Below are positions 61,311-64,000 of a stretch of 64,000 nucleotides of DNA, one piece after another; position 1 is the stretch's first letter; each line of letters starts with the position of its first letter. Source of the stretch: Escherichia virus TH44; sequence record MT446415.1; one strand, given 5' to 3'. The notes under the pieces were generated by a model, which had not been told where the DNA came from, searched no databases, and saw only the letters and a list, made by a program, of their open reading frames with translations. The position numbers and the translations under genes were made by a program.

Positions 61311-61494
61311 AACGGCCAAATGTGAAAAATGTGAATGGCCAGTAATCGCAGCTTTGTGCAACGATGAAATGAATTGCGAATATGATTACTGGTGGTACTG
61401 TTCTAATAAAGGATGTTCTAATCATAAGGGTGAAGGTTTTCATTCTGGTTATTGCGAACATCCTAAATTTGTGCGATATGGGGAACCGAAATGA
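61288..61494 (+). CDS. Cys-rich small protein (zinc-ribbon-like)
   Basis: 68 aa with CxxC...CNDEMNC...CSNKGCSNH...C pattern. Confidence 0.5.
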   Translation: MSQARILKTAKCEKCEWPVIAALCNDEMNCEYDYWWYCSNKGCSNHKGEGFHSGYCEHPKFVRYGEPK

Positions 61495-61676
61495 GTTTAA
61501 GCATTAGTCAGAAAAGTAGATTATTTGAGCTTATCCATGAGCTTTTGGATGAGCATACGGAAGCAAACGCCTTTTATGATGAATACGGTCCAATAGATGC
61601 CGAACATCAGGAAGAATTTGCCAATCGATTTGATGCGAAAGAAAACGAATTAATAGCTTATGTGAATACGCTTTAA
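61491..61676 (+). CDS. Hypothetical small protein
   Basis: 61 aa, translationally coupled. Confidence 0.45.
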   Translation: MSLSISQKSRLFELIHELLDEHTEANAFYDEYGPIDAEHQEEFANRFDAKENELIAYVNTL

Positions 61677-61685
61677 GAAGGTGAT

Positions 61686-62258
61686 ATGGCGAGTTTAATT
61701 TATCATTACGCAGCAATGAATGCAGGCAAAACAGCTTCATTGCTGACTGCAGCTTATTCCTATAAAGAGCGTGGAATGAGTGTGCTTTTGCTAAAACCTG
61801 TTATTGATAATCGGGACTCGGAAGGCGAAATTAAATCACGCATCGGTATTAGCCAGGAAGCAAACCTGGTGACGGCCGACATGAACCTGTTTGAATTCTA
61901 TAAATGGGCCGAGTCTCAAAAGGATATCCATTGTGTCCTGGTCGATGAAGCTCAATTTTTGTTACCAGAGCAAATTGACCAGTTAGCTCAAGTGGTTGAT
62001 AATTACAATATCCCCGTTATGTGTTACGGGTTAAGAACAGATTTTCGGGGCCAATTATTTCCCGGTTCGGCTAGACTTCTGGCTATTTCGGATAAACTGG
62101 TTGAATTAAAGGGCGTCTGTCATTGCGGTCGGAAAGCAACCATGACCGCTCGAGTAATCGACGGTGCTGCTGTAAAGGACGGCGAGCAAGTATTGGTCGG
62201 TGGGAATGAATCGTACGTATCTTTATGCAGAAAACATTGGCTCGAATTGACAAGCTGA
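61686..62258 (+). CDS. tk: Thymidine kinase
   Basis: 190 aa; P-loop MNAGKTASLL, VDEAQF, C-terminal CHCGRKA...C..H zinc motif. Confidence 0.92.
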   Translation: MASLIYHYAAMNAGKTASLLTAAYSYKERGMSVLLLKPVIDNRDSEGEIKSRIGISQEANLVTADMNLFEFYKWAESQKDIHCVLVDEAQFLLPEQIDQLAQVVDNYNIPVMCYGLRTDFRGQLFPGSARLLAISDKLVELKGVCHCGRKATMTARVIDGAAVKDGEQVLVGGNESYVSLCRKHWLELTS

Positions 62259-62265
62259 GGTTCGC

Positions 62266-62541
62266 ATGGTATACAAGGTTTGGACGTATATCTCTATTTT
62301 GATATTCCTGGTTTTGGTTTTTGTTCCGATGCAACAAGACCAGGAAAGGTATGAGCGCGAAGTTGAAATTGTTGCAAGTACCTATCACTCGTTCAACAAA
62401 GAGTGCCCCAATAAAAACGGAATAAGCCTGCAACAAGCATACTATTTGTCAACGGTCACCAGCCCAAAACAACGGGTCTGGGTTGAACGTAATTTTGCAA
62501 GTTTATTTTCAGAGTACTGCTTTAATTTTAAACGTCTATAA
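62266..62541 (+). CDS. Small membrane protein
   Basis: 91 aa; N-terminal hydrophobic helix WTYISILIFLVLVFV. Confidence 0.5.
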   Translation: MVYKVWTYISILIFLVLVFVPMQQDQERYEREVEIVASTYHSFNKECPNKNGISLQQAYYLSTVTSPKQRVWVERNFASLFSEYCFNFKRL

Positions 62542-62613
62542 ATACAGTTACTAACTAGTATTCCGCTATGTTAAGGCTGCAAAGCGTAATCATGACCAAC
62601 AATAGGAGTCCTT

Positions 62614-62907
62614 ATGGACCTTATTCGAGGACTTTCATTAAGTCTAATAATCCTGGGCTGTTTAGGCCCAAATCTGTCCTCTGCAACAGAGGGGAAGTTT
62701 ACCCAATATGCAGATAGTGCGATGAAGATTTATTCGCAATTCAAAGAACCAAGCGTGCACCAATCCGAACAGTTCTGGGCGTTTATCAAGACTGAATGGA
62801 ACAACAAAAGCCAATGCGAAACAGAAATCACCTGCAAAAGCGATGGTAAAGCTGCGGCGAGAGAGTACGCTAAATTAATGAAGGTAAAATTGGAAGATGA
62901 AATTTGA
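62614..62907 (+). CDS. rI: RI lysis inhibition antiholin
   Basis: 97 aa; signal-anchor-like N-terminus; SEQFW.F, C..E..C and AREYAKLMKVKLE resemble recalled T4 RI. Confidence 0.75.
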   Translation: MDLIRGLSLSLIILGCLGPNLSSATEGKFTQYADSAMKIYSQFKEPSVHQSEQFWAFIKTEWNNKSQCETEITCKSDGKAAAREYAKLMKVKLEDEI

Positions 62908-63280
62908 TGATTTCGTAACGGGTCGTGGGTCTGAGGTGGATTCATATATTGGGTGGCTATTAGTCTCTTTGGCTTATTTTAAGTCTGCTCATCTTGAAAC
63001 CAAAAGTTATGCCCGCCATAAAGCTTATGATTTCTACTTCACAGAAATCCAGGGTCCACTCGACCAGTTCAGTGAGCAATGGTTAGGTTACAGCGGGAAA
63101 CAATACAAAGCTGCATTACCGTCCGCCTCGGACTTGCCGAAAGATACAATTTTGTTTTTAGATGAAATGATTAAAAGCTCGGAAAGAGTCTATAAAGTTG
63201 TACCCAAGGCTATTCAATCGACTCTGGACGATATCGTTGGAGTTTTCTTTCAGACTAAGTATCTGTTAACACTAGAGTAA
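62897..63280 (+). CDS. Hypothetical protein
   Basis: 127 aa overlapping rI stop. Confidence 0.5.
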   Translation: MKFDDFVTGRGSEVDSYIGWLLVSLAYFKSAHLETKSYARHKAYDFYFTEIQGPLDQFSEQWLGYSGKQYKAALPSASDLPKDTILFLDEMIKSSERVYKVVPKAIQSTLDDIVGVFFQTKYLLTLE

Positions 63281-63287
63281 TTCAAAA

Positions 63288-63314
63288 GGTCTGCCTTCGG
63301 GTGGACCTTTTTTC
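63288..63314 (+). terminator. Rho-independent terminator (UUCG loop)
   Basis: GGTCTGCC-TTCG-GGTGGACC followed by TTTTTTC. Confidence 0.7.
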
Positions 63315-63323
63315 ATTTAGGGG

Positions 63324-63353
63324 GTTTACAACACCATAAAAAGGGTGTACTAT
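63324..63353 (+). promoter_or_regulatory. Early promoter cassette (-35 GTTTAC)
   Basis: GTTTAC, about 18-nt spacer, TACTAT/TATTAT, then tatcccatcaactactgaggagaacacaATG leader. Confidence 0.5.
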
Positions 63354-63381
63354 TATCCCATCAACTACTGAGGAGAACACA

Positions 63382-63585
63382 ATGAGAATTAAAAATATCA
63401 AGATTGATGCAGTTAATACTGGTGATGAGGTTGTTATCTATCTTAATGATTATGCAATCTTTATGGACAGTGCCACTGATGAAGAAGTGGTTGAACTCTT
63501 ACAGAAAGCTCCATTTGAACTGTGTGAAGAAGATGCTACCCATCTTTCATCAGCAATTTTCTCATTATCATATGTGGTGGAATAA
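63382..63585 (+). CDS. Hypothetical acidic small protein
   Basis: 67 aa; GGAG RBS. Confidence 0.5.
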   Translation: MRIKNIKIDAVNTGDEVVIYLNDYAIFMDSATDEEVVELLQKAPFELCEEDATHLSSAIFSLSYVVE

Positions 63586-63821
63586 TGAAACTTACAAATA
63601 CCATGGTTTCATTGGAATATGAAACCAATAATCATATTCTTGAAATTAAGATATTTGATGACGGAAGCATATTTGCTGATTACCGCGGATATAGAATCCG
63701 CCTGGAAAAGGATGAGCTCAATGAACCATGGCTCCTTAAAGACACCTTAAAGGGTTGTGGGTGTAAACTGAAGACCACTCAAGTCCAAGAATTAATTTCT
63801 ACCATCAAAAAATACTGGTGA
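63585..63821 (+). CDS. Hypothetical protein
   Basis: 78 aa, start overlaps previous stop. Confidence 0.5.
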   Translation: MKLTNTMVSLEYETNNHILEIKIFDDGSIFADYRGYRIRLEKDELNEPWLLKDTLKGCGCKLKTTQVQELISTIKKYW

Positions 63822-63825
63822 TATT

Positions 63826-64000
63826 ATGTTAACTACTGAACAGATTGAACAAATCCTTAAACTTGCTACTGCTGTTGAACGCGATTCTTATGATATGGCA
63901 GTAGAACATTGTGAAGGCTATTCATATTCCGGAATAGAGCAGTGTAAACGAGATTTAGCGAATTCTAAAGCAGCATTGGTTGGGTATCTGAATGAGTTGA
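63826..64000 (+). CDS. Hypothetical protein, 5' part (runs off window end)
   Basis: ATG 63826, MLTTEQIEQILKLATAVERDSYDMAVEHCEGYSYSGIEQCKRD..., no stop before window end. Confidence 0.4.
   Translation, partial: MLTTEQIEQILKLATAVERDSYDMAVEHCEGYSYSGIEQCKRDLANSKAALVGYLNEL

Overview
This window is a T4-like (Tevenvirinae/Straboviridae) myophage genome segment, syntenic with the T4 region from rI/tk/denV/lysozyme e through uvsW. The reverse strand carries an unbroken late structural block: baseplate and short tail fiber genes (53, 5, 5.1, 5.4, 6-12), fibritin wac, neck 13/14, 15, terminase 16/17, tail sheath 18, tail tube 19, portal 20, prohead core 67/68, protease 21, scaffold 22, major capsid 23 and two tandem gp24-like vertex genes. 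The forward strand carries inh, hoc, a collagen-repeat protein, rnlB, genes 4/2/3/1/57A/57B, two tRNAs, and a long accessory region (about 42.1-63.9 kb) of small genes separated by repeated early-promoter stem-loop cassettes, with nudE, e, denV, regB, tk and rI recognisable among them. The most interesting content is in that accessory region: an expanded array of small proteins with an internal-protein-like capsid-targeting N-terminus, a five-gene tandem family ending in a W-x-S-S-x-x-C motif, a candidate nucleotidyltransferase-fold module, a macrodomain protein and secreted proteins. Gene identities rest on my reading of the translations, recalled similarity to T4 proteins and synteny; no database search was run. 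Several ORF-track starts are over-extended through TTG/GTG codons and were trimmed.
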